Assembly: GCA_050696955.1 (NCBI GenBank)
Contig: JBOGYT010000037.1
Coordinates: 1 to 44,287 of the forward strand
Direction of reading: 5' to 3'
Source: Solirubrobacteraceae bacterium
Lineage (GTDB): Bacteria; Actinomycetota; Thermoleophilia; Solirubrobacterales; Solirubrobacteraceae
Length of the DNA: 44,287 nt
Shown here: positions 28,177 to 37,468 of the stretch, piece after piece
Layout of the letters: every line of letters starts with the position of its first letter
Position numbering within the stretch: the stretch's first letter is position 1
Notes under the pieces: model-generated
The model's database searches: none
The model's input: only the letters and a program-made list of their open reading frames with translations
Told to the model about the DNA's origin: nothing
Position numbers and translations under genes: made by a program

Positions 28177-31100
28177 TACACGTTCCGCGACGGATCAAGC
28201 TGACGCTCCTGGGTCTGGTGCTCGTCCTCGTGCCGGCGCTTCCCGTGCTGCCCGCGAGCGGTGCTCCCGCGGCGCCCGTGGGCGTCACGGCGATCGCGCT
28301 GAACGGCCAGGCCAACATCTCCTGGAAGGCGGTGTCCGGCGCCACGAGCTACCGCATCTTCCGCTCGTCCACCATCAGCGGGACCGCCACGCAGGTCGGC
28401 ACGTCCTCCACGACGACGTTCACGCACACCGGGCTCACGAACGGGACGGTCGGCTTCTACACCGTGCGGGCGGTCGACGTGCTCGGCCAGGGGCCGGCAT
28501 CCGCTGCCGCGCAGGTCACGCCCCTCGCCCAGACCTGCTCGACGGGCAACCAGGTGGTGGTCGAGAACTGCTTCGCCGGCACGACCGCGTGGAAGAGCAC
28601 CGGCGGCCCGCAGGTCCAGTCGGGCGGCATCGAGGGCTTTGCGGCGAAGACGTCGATCAACCGCGGCGAGTCCGTCGACCTCAAGGTCAACACCCAGGAC
28701 GCGAAGCCCTACCGGGTGGAGATCTATCGCACCGGCTGGTACGACGGCGACCAGGGCCGGCTGATCTCGGTCATCCCGGGGCTGGTCGGCGACCTGCAGA
28801 GCGCGTGCAACGTGCCGAGCGGCAACACGGGCCTGACCGACTGCTCGAACTGGACGGCCACCTCGACGCTGACCACGTCGGCCAGCTGGCCCAGCGGCGT
28901 CTACATCCTGCGCCTCGTGCGCACCGACAACGGCGCTGACAGCCACATCCTGCTGACGGTCCGCGACGACGCGCGCACGCCCGCGGTGAGCTACATCGTC
29001 CCCGTCGCGCACTATGCCGCCTACAACAACTACGGCGGCAGGTCGCTGTACGACTTCAACTCGAACGGCTCGACGACCGTGGCCGGCACCGCGCGCGCCG
29101 TCAAGGTCTCCCTCGACCGTCCCCAGAACCTCCTGTCGCGCGACTGGTACACGGACATCGACATCCAGAACGTGGGCTGGCTCGAGCGCGAGGGCTACGA
29201 CCTCAGCTACGCGACGAGCGTCGACCTCCAGGCCGGCATCCCGAACCTCAACAGCCGCGAGGCGATCGTGTCCGGCAGCCACGACGAGTACTGGTCCTCG
29301 CAGATGCGCACCGCGGTGACGAACGCCCGCAACGCCGGCACCGGCGTGCTGTTCCTCGGCGCCAACGGCGTGTACTGGAAGATCCGCTACGAGTCGAGCC
29401 CGGTCTCGTCGGACACGAACCGCGTGGTCGTCTGTTACAAGTCGACGCAGAGCGGCGGTCCCGATCCGCTCGGCCCCACCGGCACGTGGCGCGATCCGGC
29501 CGGCGCGAACCAGCCCGAGAACGCGCTCATGGGCGTGCAGTACATCGGCGACAACGACTTCGGCTACTCCCCGCTGCAGGTGTCGGCCGCCCAGGGCAAG
29601 CACCGCCTGTGGCGCTACACGCCGCTGGGGTCGCTGGCCGCCGGGACCACCGACTCCATCGGCCAGAACCTCGTCGGGTGGGAGTGGGATGCGCGCGCCG
29701 CCAACGGCGCCGAGCCCGCGGGCATCTCCACGGTGGCGAGCACGCCCGTGACCGGCAGCATCCTGCAGGATGCCGGACGCGTCTACGCCCCCGGGTCCGC
29801 GGTCCAGCACAGCACGTACTACAAGTACGGGGCGTCCGGCGGGGTCGTGTTCGCCTCCGGTACGAACCACTGGAGCCGCGGGCTGGGGATGAACGAGGAC
29901 AACGTCGGCGAGCCCAACACGATCATCATGCAGGCGACGGCCAACGCGCTGCAGGACATGGGCGCGCGGCCGACCACGCCGGACAACGTGACGCTCGACG
30001 GCACGGCGGCGCCGACGGTCAGCACGCGGGCACCGGTGCCCGGCGCCACGAACGTGGCGACCACGACCGCCGTCACCGCGACCTTCGATAGTCCCGTCGA
30101 TCCCTCCACGGTGACGAACGCGAGCTTCACGCTCACGCGTCCAGGCGGCACGACGGTGGCGGCGACCGTCAGCTACAGCGATACGACGAAGACCGCCACG
30201 CTGACGCCCACCGGCCAGCTCGACGGGACGACGACGTATACCGCGACGCTCACCACCGCCATCAAGAACTGGAACGGCCAGGCCCTGGCGGCAGCCTCCA
30301 CGTGGAACTTCACGACGCGCAGCGGCAGCCCGCCGACCGTCACCGGTCGCACACCGGCGCCGGGCGCGACCGCGATCTCCTTCAACGAGAAGCCGACCGT
30401 CACGTTCGACCGCGACATGGCCGCATCGACGATCACCAACACGAGCTTCACGCTGACGCCGAGCGGCGGGACCGCCGTCGCCGCGACGGTGGCCTACGAC
30501 GGCGCGACGCGGACGGCGACGCTGACGCCGAGCGCGCTGCTCAACGGCTCGACGACCTACACCGCCCGCGTGACCACCGCGGCGCAGGCGACCGACGGCG
30601 CCCCGCTCGCGAGCGACGTCACGTGGTCGTTCACGACGAAGGCGTCGCTCGGACCGTTCACGGTCACCGATCGCGCGCCCGCCCCGCTGTCGAGCGGCAT
30701 CTCGCCGTCGACCACGGTCCGCGCCGTGTTCTCGCGCAGCGCCGATCCCGCGACGCTCACGCCGTCGACGTTCACGCTGCAGAACTCGGGCGGCGCCTCG
30801 GTGAGCGCCACCGTCGCCTACAACGACGCGACGAAGACCGCGACGCTGACGCCGAGCGCCCCGCTCACGCTCATGACGTCCTACACGGCGACGCTGACGA
30901 CCGGCGTCACGGGCGTCGAGGACGGCCAGCCGCTGAGCTCGCCCGTGACGTGGACGTTCACGACGGCGACGAGCCCGCCGCCGCCACCGGCGGTGACGTC
31001 AACCAGCCCGCTGGCAAGCGCGACCGGCGTCGCGCTCAACAGCCAGATCCGGGCGACGTTCGATCGCTCGCTCGATCCCGCGACGGTCACGAGCGAGACC

Positions 31101-32936
31101 TTCACGGTCAGCGCGGGCGGCGGCCCGCCGGTCGTCGCATCGGTCTCCTACGACGACGCCACGCGCGTGGCGACGCTGACCCCGAGCGCGCCGCTGGGCG
31201 TGTCGACGACGTACACCGCGCGTGTAACGACGGCCGTCCGGTCGACCACCGGAGCGCCGCTGAGTTCGGACGTCGCGTGGTCGTTCACGACCGTCGACTG
31301 CCCGTGCTCGATCTTCCCGAGCACGCTCACGCCGGCGGGGACCGGCCTGACCACGCAGGACGGGCGCACCGGACCCGGCCCCTGGACGTACGAGCTCGGC
31401 GTGAAGTTCACGGTCGACTCCGCCGTTCAGCTGACCGCGCTGAAGTTCTATAAGGACGCCGCCGAGACGGGCACGCACATCGGCCGGCTGTGGACCACGG
31501 GAGGCACGCAGCTCGCGTCGGTCACGTACGCGAACGAGACGGCGTCGGGCTGGCAGAAGCAGAATCTCGCCTCGCCGGTCAACCTCAGCCCCGGCACCGT
31601 GTACATCGCGTCCGTCGGCGTCAACTCGCGCTGGGTCTGGACGCAGAGCGGCCTGGCGTCACCGGTCGTGTCGGGACCGCTGCGGACGGTCGCCGACGGC
31701 TTCAACGGCGTCTACGCGCCGAGCGCCGGCCAGCTGCCGACCAACAGCTGGTCGTCGAGCAACTACTTCGTCGACGTCTCGGTGAAGGGCGCCGGCACGG
31801 CCCTGCCGACGCCGCATGTCATCGGTCAGGTGCCGGCCTCGGGCTCGAGCGGCGCCGATCCGGCGGGCACGGTGCGCGCGACGTTCGACGTCGACATGGA
31901 CGCGTCGACGATCAACACGTCGACGTTCACGCTGACCACCGCGGGCGGCAGCGCCGTCGCGGCCTCGGTGAGCTACAACCAGAGCACCCGCACCGCGACG
32001 CTGACGCCGACGGCCAACCTGGCGGGCAACGCGACGTACACCGCGCGCGTGTCGACCGGCGCGAGGTCCGACGAAGGCGTGGCACTCGCCGCCGCGGTGA
32101 CGTGGAACTTCACCACGTCGTCCAACCCGCCGCCCACGGTCACGTCCACGACGCCGTCGGACGGCGCGACGCAGGTCAGCCGCTACGGCGCGATAGGTGC
32201 GACGTTCTCACAGGCGATGGACGCCGCGACGATCACCGGCTCGACGTTCACGCTGCAGCCGGCGGCGGGCGGCGCCAACGTGGCGGCCGCCGTGACGTAC
32301 AACTCGACCACGCGCACGGCGACGTTGCAGCCGACGAGCCCGCTTGCGGCGACCACGGGCTACACCGCGCGCCTGACCACGGGCGTCCGCAACTCCCAGG
32401 GCGTCGCCCTGGCGGCCACGAGCTGGGGCCTCACGACCTCGGCGTGTCCATGCCGGCTGTTCGCCGACACGCTGACTCCGGCCGCCACGGAGCTTGCCAC
32501 CCAGGACGGGCGCAGCGGCACCGGTCCGTGGTCCTACGAGCTGGGCGTCAAGATCAGCGTCACGCAGGCGGCCCAGCTCAGCGCGATCCGCTACTGGAAG
32601 AGCCCGAGCGAGTCCGGGACGCACACTGGGCGCCTGTGGACGGCGGCCGGCGCTCCGATCGCCACGACGACCTTCGGTACGCCGACCGCGTCGGGGTGGC
32701 AGGAGCAGGCCTTCGCGACACCGGTCGATCTCGTTGCGGGTCAGACCTACGTCGTGTCGGTCGGCTTCAACGCGTTCTTCTCGCTCACCGGCGCCGGGCT
32801 GGCCAGCGAGATCGCGAGCGGCCCGCTGCGCAGCGTGGCGGACGGCGCAAACGGCGTCTATGGCGCCGCCGCAGGGACGTTCCCGACGAGCAGCTGGAAC
32901 AACAGCAACTACTTCGTCGATCCAGTGGTGCGCTGA
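28155..32936 (+). CDS. 1593-aa secreted multidomain protein: signal peptide, FN3, N,N-dimethylformamidase-beta-like domain, 4 Ig-like (Big_5/SbsA-type) repeats, DUF4082, 2 Ig-like repeats, DUF4082
   Basis: Signal peptide RRIKLTLLGLVLVLVPALPVLPASGA. FN3 segment ISWKAVSGATSYRIFRS. Central domain with GYDLSYATSVDL, SGSHDEYWS, GWEWD, GTNHWS. Repeats of about 105 aa end in W(N/S/T)FTT. Two CPC...GPW(T/S)YELGVK...GTH(I/T)GRLWT...NSNYFVD modules. Confidence 0.9.
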   Translation: MCRRTTLIHVPRRIKLTLLGLVLVLVPALPVLPASGAPAAPVGVTAIALNGQANISWKAVSGATSYRIFRSSTISGTATQVGTSSTTTFTHTGLTNGTVGFYTVRAVDVLGQGPASAAAQVTPLAQTCSTGNQVVVENCFAGTTAWKSTGGPQVQSGGIEGFAAKTSINRGESVDLKVNTQDAKPYRVEIYRTGWYDGDQGRLISVIPGLVGDLQSACNVPSGNTGLTDCSNWTATSTLTTSASWPSGVYILRLVRTDNGADSHILLTVRDDARTPAVSYIVPVAHYAAYNNYGGRSLYDFNSNGSTTVAGTARAVKVSLDRPQNLLSRDWYTDIDIQNVGWLEREGYDLSYATSVDLQAGIPNLNSREAIVSGSHDEYWSSQMRTAVTNARNAGTGVLFLGANGVYWKIRYESSPVSSDTNRVVVCYKSTQSGGPDPLGPTGTWRDPAGANQPENALMGVQYIGDNDFGYSPLQVSAAQGKHRLWRYTPLGSLAAGTTDSIGQNLVGWEWDARAANGAEPAGISTVASTPVTGSILQDAGRVYAPGSAVQHSTYYKYGASGGVVFASGTNHWSRGLGMNEDNVGEPNTIIMQATANALQDMGARPTTPDNVTLDGTAAPTVSTRAPVPGATNVATTTAVTATFDSPVDPSTVTNASFTLTRPGGTTVAATVSYSDTTKTATLTPTGQLDGTTTYTATLTTAIKNWNGQALAAASTWNFTTRSGSPPTVTGRTPAPGATAISFNEKPTVTFDRDMAASTITNTSFTLTPSGGTAVAATVAYDGATRTATLTPSALLNGSTTYTARVTTAAQATDGAPLASDVTWSFTTKASLGPFTVTDRAPAPLSSGISPSTTVRAVFSRSADPATLTPSTFTLQNSGGASVSATVAYNDATKTATLTPSAPLTLMTSYTATLTTGVTGVEDGQPLSSPVTWTFTTATSPPPPPAVTSTSPLASATGVALNSQIRATFDRSLDPATVTSETFTVSAGGGPPVVASVSYDDATRVATLTPSAPLGVSTTYTARVTTAVRSTTGAPLSSDVAWSFTTVDCPCSIFPSTLTPAGTGLTTQDGRTGPGPWTYELGVKFTVDSAVQLTALKFYKDAAETGTHIGRLWTTGGTQLASVTYANETASGWQKQNLASPVNLSPGTVYIASVGVNSRWVWTQSGLASPVVSGPLRTVADGFNGVYAPSAGQLPTNSWSSSNYFVDVSVKGAGTALPTPHVIGQVPASGSSGADPAGTVRATFDVDMDASTINTSTFTLTTAGGSAVAASVSYNQSTRTATLTPTANLAGNATYTARVSTGARSDEGVALAAAVTWNFTTSSNPPPTVTSTTPSDGATQVSRYGAIGATFSQAMDAATITGSTFTLQPAAGGANVAAAVTYNSTTRTATLQPTSPLAATTGYTARLTTGVRNSQGVALAATSWGLTTSACPCRLFADTLTPAATELATQDGRSGTGPWSYELGVKISVTQAAQLSAIRYWKSPSESGTHTGRLWTAAGAPIATTTFGTPTASGWQEQAFATPVDLVAGQTYVVSVGFNAFFSLTGAGLASEIASGPLRSVADGANGVYGAAAGTFPTSSWNNSNYFVDPVVR
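30006..31292 (+). repeat. Four tandem Ig-like coding repeats of about 105 aa (two more at 31785-32438)
   Basis: Each repeat has the recurring pattern P(A/V)PGAT...F(D/S)..(M/V)D..T(I/V)T..(S/T)FTL......V.A(T/S)V(S/A)Y(D/N)..T.TATLTP...L...T.YTA.(L/V)TT......G..L....(T/A)W.FTT. Confidence 0.85.
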
Positions 32937-33004
32937 CGGCGCCGTCAACCTAGACTGAAGACCCGTGTCACGGGCGCTCGATTGCGCCTAACATCTCTCC
33001 ACGA

Positions 33005-33883
33005 ATGGACCTCCAAACCCACCTCGCTGTCATCTTGCGCTTCCGCTTGGTCATGCTTGGTGGCCTCGCGCTCGGGATCGTGCTCGCGATCCTCGCCTCC
33101 TATCAGGTCAACCTCGGCGCTGGCCCGATGCTGGCCGCTCGTGGCACGGAGGAGTGGACGAGCACGTCGCGGCTGCTGATCACCCAGCCCGGGTTTCCGG
33201 AAGGCCGCACGACGCTGCCCAACACACAGGGCCTGACCCCGACGAGCCCGCAGCAGCAGCAGCAGCGGGGTAACGGCGGCATCGAGTACGCAGACCCGAG
33301 CCGCTTCTCCGCCCTGGCCGCGCTCTACGCGGTGATCTCGTACTCCGACCAGGTGCGCAACCGCGTGCCGGAGAAGACCAAGCCCGGCCAGATCCAGGCG
33401 GTGCCGCTGGATCTCAACGGGTCCGGGCAGGCGTTCCTGCCGATCGTCGAGATCACGACGAAGGCCGAGACCGAAGACGCCGCCCGCACGCTCAACGTCC
33501 ACACCATCGACGCGTTGCGCGGACTGCTCGTCGAACAGCAGAGCCAGGCGAAGATCCCGGACACGTCGCGGGTGCGCGCGGAGACGCTGAACGCCCCGGA
33601 TCGGGCGGTGCTCACGTCCGGGCGCTCGCACGCGGCCTCGATCCTTGCCCTCATGCTCTCCTTCATCGCCTCGCTGGCCCTCGCTCACATCCTGGAAGCC
33701 ATTCGCCTGCGGCGGCGCGACGTGGCCCCCGCCGGGCCCATCGGGACCACCGGGCAACGCGCGACGGCCGAGCAGCTGGAGGCCGCCTACGCCAGCCGCG
33801 TTCACGATTGGGCGCCGGAGTCCGATCGGCTTCGCCAGCCACAGGAGAACCCCGTGAGCAGCGCACCGCCGCACGGTCGCTGA
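33005..33883 (+). CDS. wzz: Wzz-like polysaccharide co-polymerase / chain-length determinant (no kinase domain)
   Basis: It has an N-terminal TM (VMLGGLALGIVLAILASY), a periplasmic-type central region and a C-terminal TM (ILALMLSFIASLALAHIL). Confidence 0.65.
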   Translation: MDLQTHLAVILRFRLVMLGGLALGIVLAILASYQVNLGAGPMLAARGTEEWTSTSRLLITQPGFPEGRTTLPNTQGLTPTSPQQQQQRGNGGIEYADPSRFSALAALYAVISYSDQVRNRVPEKTKPGQIQAVPLDLNGSGQAFLPIVEITTKAETEDAARTLNVHTIDALRGLLVEQQSQAKIPDTSRVRAETLNAPDRAVLTSGRSHAASILALMLSFIASLALAHILEAIRLRRRDVAPAGPIGTTGQRATAEQLEAAYASRVHDWAPESDRLRQPQENPVSSAPPHGR

Positions 33884-33893
33884 GCGGCGACGC

Positions 33894-35231
33894 ATGAAAC
33901 GCGCCTTGCTGCTGGCCTATCACTGGCCGCCGATCGGAGGGCCGGGTGCCCTGCGGCCCGTGAAGCTCGCGCAACACCTCGAGGCCCGCGGCTACGAGCC
34001 CGTCGTGATCACGGGCCCTGGCGAAAGCTTCGGGCGCTGGAGCCCGCTCGACGACGCGCTCGCCCGCGAGGTCCCGCCCGGGACCGAGGTCCATCGTGTG
34101 GCCGTGCCAGAGCCTGCGCACAGCAACCGGCGGCGGCGACGGCTCGAGCAGCTGCTGTGCCGGCCGTCGCGCTGGGATCAGTGGTGGACGCAGAGCGCCG
34201 TAGAGCTCGGCCGCAAGGTCGCCGGCGACGCGGAGGTCATCTACGCGGGACTCGACCCGTACCAGACGGCGGAGCCCGGCTGCCTTCTCGCCGCGGCGCT
34301 CGGGTTGCCCTGGGTGGCGGATCTGCAGGACCCGTGGGCGCTCGACGAGATGCTCGTGTACCCGACGGGCGTGCACCGGCGGCTGGCGCGCGCGCGGATG
34401 CGCCGCCTGCTGTCCTCTGCCGACGCGGTCGTCATGAACACGCCCGAGGCGTCGAAGGCGCTCGTCCAGGCCTTCCCGGAGTTCGCCGGCAAGCGCGTCG
34501 CGTGCATCCCCAACGGCTACGACGAGGCGGACTTCGAAGGGCTCGAGCCGCGGCTCGAGCCGAGCGCCTTTCGCATCGTTCACACCGGCAGCATGCACAC
34601 GGAGTTCGGGCGCCGCCATCGCGAGCGCGGTGCGCTGAGGCGCCTGCTCGGAGGAACCGAGACCGAGGTCGACTTCCTCACGCGGTCGCATGTCTTCCTG
34701 CTGCAGGCGCTCGAGCGGATCGTCGCCGAGCAGCCCGCGCTCGCCGACCGGATCGAGCTGCACCTCGCGGGCGTACTGTCGGACGCCGATCGCGAGGTCG
34801 TCGACAACACCCCGATCCGCTCGCAGCTGCACGGGTTCCTCCCCCATGCCGACAACGTCGCGTTGATGCGCTCGGCCGATCTCCTCTTCTTGCCGATGCA
34901 CGACCTTGCCGCGGGGCGCCGGGCCCGCCTCGTGCCGTGCAAGAGCTACGAGTACCTCGCGTCCGGACGCCCGCTCCTGGCAGCGCTGCCCGAAGGCGAC
35001 GCGCGCGAGCTCGTGCAGCGCGCCGAGCACCAATGGGTGTGCGCGCCGGGCGACGTTGACGCGATGGTGCGGGCGATCCGCGACGAGATCCTCCCCGCGG
35101 CGCCGTGGCCATCGGTCATGAGCTCCCGCCGCGAGCTCATGGCCTCCTACGAGCACGCACAGCTCTCGTCACAGCTGGCGGACGTGTTCGACGACGTCGT
35201 CGGAGATCGGCCAACGCTGACGCTCGCATGA
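33894..35231 (+). CDS. GT4-family (GT-B) glycosyltransferase
   Basis: 445 aa, MKRALLLAYHWPPIGGPGALRPVKLAQHLEARGYEPVVI..., with a C-terminal E-x7-E-like region (KSYEYLASGRPLLA). Confidence 0.8.
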   Translation: MKRALLLAYHWPPIGGPGALRPVKLAQHLEARGYEPVVITGPGESFGRWSPLDDALAREVPPGTEVHRVAVPEPAHSNRRRRRLEQLLCRPSRWDQWWTQSAVELGRKVAGDAEVIYAGLDPYQTAEPGCLLAAALGLPWVADLQDPWALDEMLVYPTGVHRRLARARMRRLLSSADAVVMNTPEASKALVQAFPEFAGKRVACIPNGYDEADFEGLEPRLEPSAFRIVHTGSMHTEFGRRHRERGALRRLLGGTETEVDFLTRSHVFLLQALERIVAEQPALADRIELHLAGVLSDADREVVDNTPIRSQLHGFLPHADNVALMRSADLLFLPMHDLAAGRRARLVPCKSYEYLASGRPLLAALPEGDARELVQRAEHQWVCAPGDVDAMVRAIRDEILPAAPWPSVMSSRRELMASYEHAQLSSQLADVFDDVVGDRPTLTLA

Positions 35232-35845
35232 CGGGCGCGCGGCTCGCGGCCGGCGCAACCCTCGGCGCGTACCGGTTGTGGCGTCGCGCGCGCGACAAGG
35301 CGTTCTCGGTCGTGAGCTCGCGCGCGTTTGCGTCGTTCGGTGCGCGCAGCGTCATCGAGCTGCCGGTCCGACTGAGCGGCGAGCGCCGGATCGCGATCGG
35401 AGACGACGTCTTCGTCGGTGCCGGCTCGTGGCTGCAGGTCATCGGTCCGCCCGCCGACGAGGTCGCGCTGCGCGTCGGCGACGGTACGAGCATCTCCGGG
35501 CACTGCGTCCTGTCGGCTACGAGCTCGTTGACGATCGGCCGGCGCGTCCTGATCGCGCGCGGGGTGTACGTCGCCGACCACGGCCATGCCTATCGAGACA
35601 CGAACACCGCCGTGCTCGACCAGGGGCTCGATCCGGTCGCGCCGGTCGAGATCGGCGACGGCGCCTGGCTGGCCCAGAACGTCGTCGTCTGCCCCGGCGT
35701 CCGGGTCGGGCGCGGCGCCGTCGTCGGCGCCAGCGCCGTCGTCACCCGTGACGTCCCGGACTTCTGCGTCGCGGTCGGGGCTCCGGCGCGCGTCGTCCAC
35801 GAGTTCGCGCCGGCCCGGACCGACGACGTCGCGCCGGTGACCTGA
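35228..35845 (+). CDS. Hexapeptide-repeat (LbH) sugar O-acetyltransferase
   Basis: IGDDVFVGAGSWL...VGDGTSISGHCVL...IGRRVLIARGVYV...IGDGAWLAQNVVVCPGVRVGRGAVVGASAVV. ATGA overlap with the upstream gene. Confidence 0.85.
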   Translation: MTGARLAAGATLGAYRLWRRARDKAFSVVSSRAFASFGARSVIELPVRLSGERRIAIGDDVFVGAGSWLQVIGPPADEVALRVGDGTSISGHCVLSATSSLTIGRRVLIARGVYVADHGHAYRDTNTAVLDQGLDPVAPVEIGDGAWLAQNVVVCPGVRVGRGAVVGASAVVTRDVPDFCVAVGAPARVVHEFAPARTDDVAPVT

Positions 35846-35873
35846 GCCAGGCCGGCCGCCAGACGGGTACCGG

Positions 35874-37385
35874 TCAGGTGGACGCGTCGTCGGGCTCGTC
35901 GGCGAGGCGCAGCGCGACCGCCGACAAGCCGATCATCATGAAGGACAGGAACGTCACCTGGACGAACGAGTACGCGTCGTAGGTGAGCATCCCAACGGCG
36001 TACGCCGCGAGCGCGGCCGCGAGCGACGCGAGCAGCCAGCCGTGAGGACTGGAGTCGCGCCTTCCGCGGCGGGCGAGGCGCCGCACCGCGCGGATGTACA
36101 GCCACAGCAGCGCCAAGACGCCGACGATGCCCACCTCCAGCAGCAGACCGAGCCATTCGTTGTCGAGGATCCGTGCGTTGACCTTGACGTCGGACTCACT
36201 GGTCAGCCGCGTACCGAATCCCTGGCCCAGGAACGGGCTGTTCTTGAACTCCTCGAGGCTCGGAGCCAGGTCGGCGATGCGCCCGGCGCCCGAGCCGACG
36301 CCGACCGTGTTCCCCTGCTCGGCGACCGCCGCAGAGGGCGTCAACGTGGCTTTGAGCGTCCCCAGCGTCCCCGGCATAAGGAATTGGGCGGCCACGATCA
36401 GCGGGAGCAGGAGCGGCAGCATCTTGACCGTCTCGGCGCGCTTGATCCAGAAGAAGACGATCAGCTCGACGGCGAGCATCACGGCCGCGGTTCGCGAACC
36501 GGTGGCGAGCGAGCCGAGCGTCATGATGGCCGCCGCGCCGAGCCACACGCTGTTGCGGCGGCGCCGGAACAGGTAGATCGCCAGTGGCATCAGCAGCACG
36601 AGGGCGGCGCCGAGGGCGATCGGATGCTGTGCCGATGCATGCGCGCGCACGCGTCCACCGCGGTCGGGAGCCATGATTGCGGCGACCGGGTCGACCTCCA
36701 GCGCCGGCACGACGCGCTCGAGCTGGGTGAAGAGGTTGACCTCCGTGCGCCACTCGTACGTCGCGGCCACCCCCAGCACCGTGCCACCGATCACGAGCAG
36801 GACCACGATCGCGTCGATGTGGCGTCGCGTGCGAACCGCGGTCGCCGTGAAGTACATCACGAGCAGGAAGCTGGCGAAGAAGGTGGCGCCCTTGATGACC
36901 TCGGCCGTGACGCCGGCCGCGACGATCCGCTGGATGTTCAGCGCCAGCCCTCCGACCAGCGCGACCAGGAAGATCAGCACCGGCCGCTCCACGCCGATCC
37001 GTCGCCAGCGCGTCTTCGGGTCGGCCAGCAGCGCAAAGGCCCAGCAGCAGAGCACGAGCGCGATGAGAAGGCGGTAGGGCTCGAGCGCGAAGGGCAGCCC
37101 GCCGCCGAGCGTGTAGCGCCGGATCGGGAAGACCAGGATCACGACGATGACGTAGCCGAGCAGCGCCGGCCACGCGAGCAACGTGCGATGCCATGCCACC
37201 AGGGTCAACCCGATGGTGAGCGCGGCCAGGATCGGGTTCGCCTGCACGCGCGCGCCCGCCGCTGCGAGCACGAGGACGATCGCCACGCCGATGCCCCACC
37301 AGACGAGCCGCGCAGCTTGGCCGGGATCAATCCGGCTGGGCCGCCCAGCGCCGCCCGCGGGGAGAGCCACGCCGGTTCGCATCAC
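35874..37385 (-). CDS. O-antigen ligase/polymerase family membrane protein (Wzy_C domain; Wzy, WaaL-like or O-oligosaccharyltransferase)
   Basis: Has 10 or more TM segments, with GSLATGSRTAAVMLAVELIVFF in the Wzy_C region and a large loop. The likely real start is the ATG at 37382, 7 nt after TACGCT (leaderless). Confidence 0.75.
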   Translation of the reverse strand: MMRTGVALPAGGAGRPSRIDPGQAARLVWWGIGVAIVLVLAAAGARVQANPILAALTIGLTLVAWHRTLLAWPALLGYVIVVILVFPIRRYTLGGGLPFALEPYRLLIALVLCCWAFALLADPKTRWRRIGVERPVLIFLVALVGGLALNIQRIVAAGVTAEVIKGATFFASFLLVMYFTATAVRTRRHIDAIVVLLVIGGTVLGVAATYEWRTEVNLFTQLERVVPALEVDPVAAIMAPDRGGRVRAHASAQHPIALGAALVLLMPLAIYLFRRRRNSVWLGAAAIMTLGSLATGSRTAAVMLAVELIVFFWIKRAETVKMLPLLLPLIVAAQFLMPGTLGTLKATLTPSAAVAEQGNTVGVGSGAGRIADLAPSLEEFKNSPFLGQGFGTRLTSESDVKVNARILDNEWLGLLLEVGIVGVLALLWLYIRAVRRLARRGRRDSSPHGWLLASLAAALAAYAVGMLTYDAYSFVQVTFLSFMMIGLSAVALRLADEPDDAST

Positions 37386-37389
37386 GGAT

Positions 37390-37461
37390 AGCGTACGGCC
37401 CGGGCGGGCCGCGGCGCCTACCCGACCGGCCAGTCCAGGGGTCCCGGAGACGAGCTACTCT
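37390..37461. promoter_or_regulatory. Divergent promoter region with the 17-nt motif (copy 1) and two -10 hexamers placed for leaderless transcripts
   Basis: Minus strand: ACTGGCCGGTCGGGTAG (plus 37418-37434), N22, TACGCT (37390-37395), N7, ATG 37382. Plus strand: TACTCT (37456-37461), N7, ATG 37469. Confidence 0.5.
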
Positions 37462-37468
37462 CGCCTCG

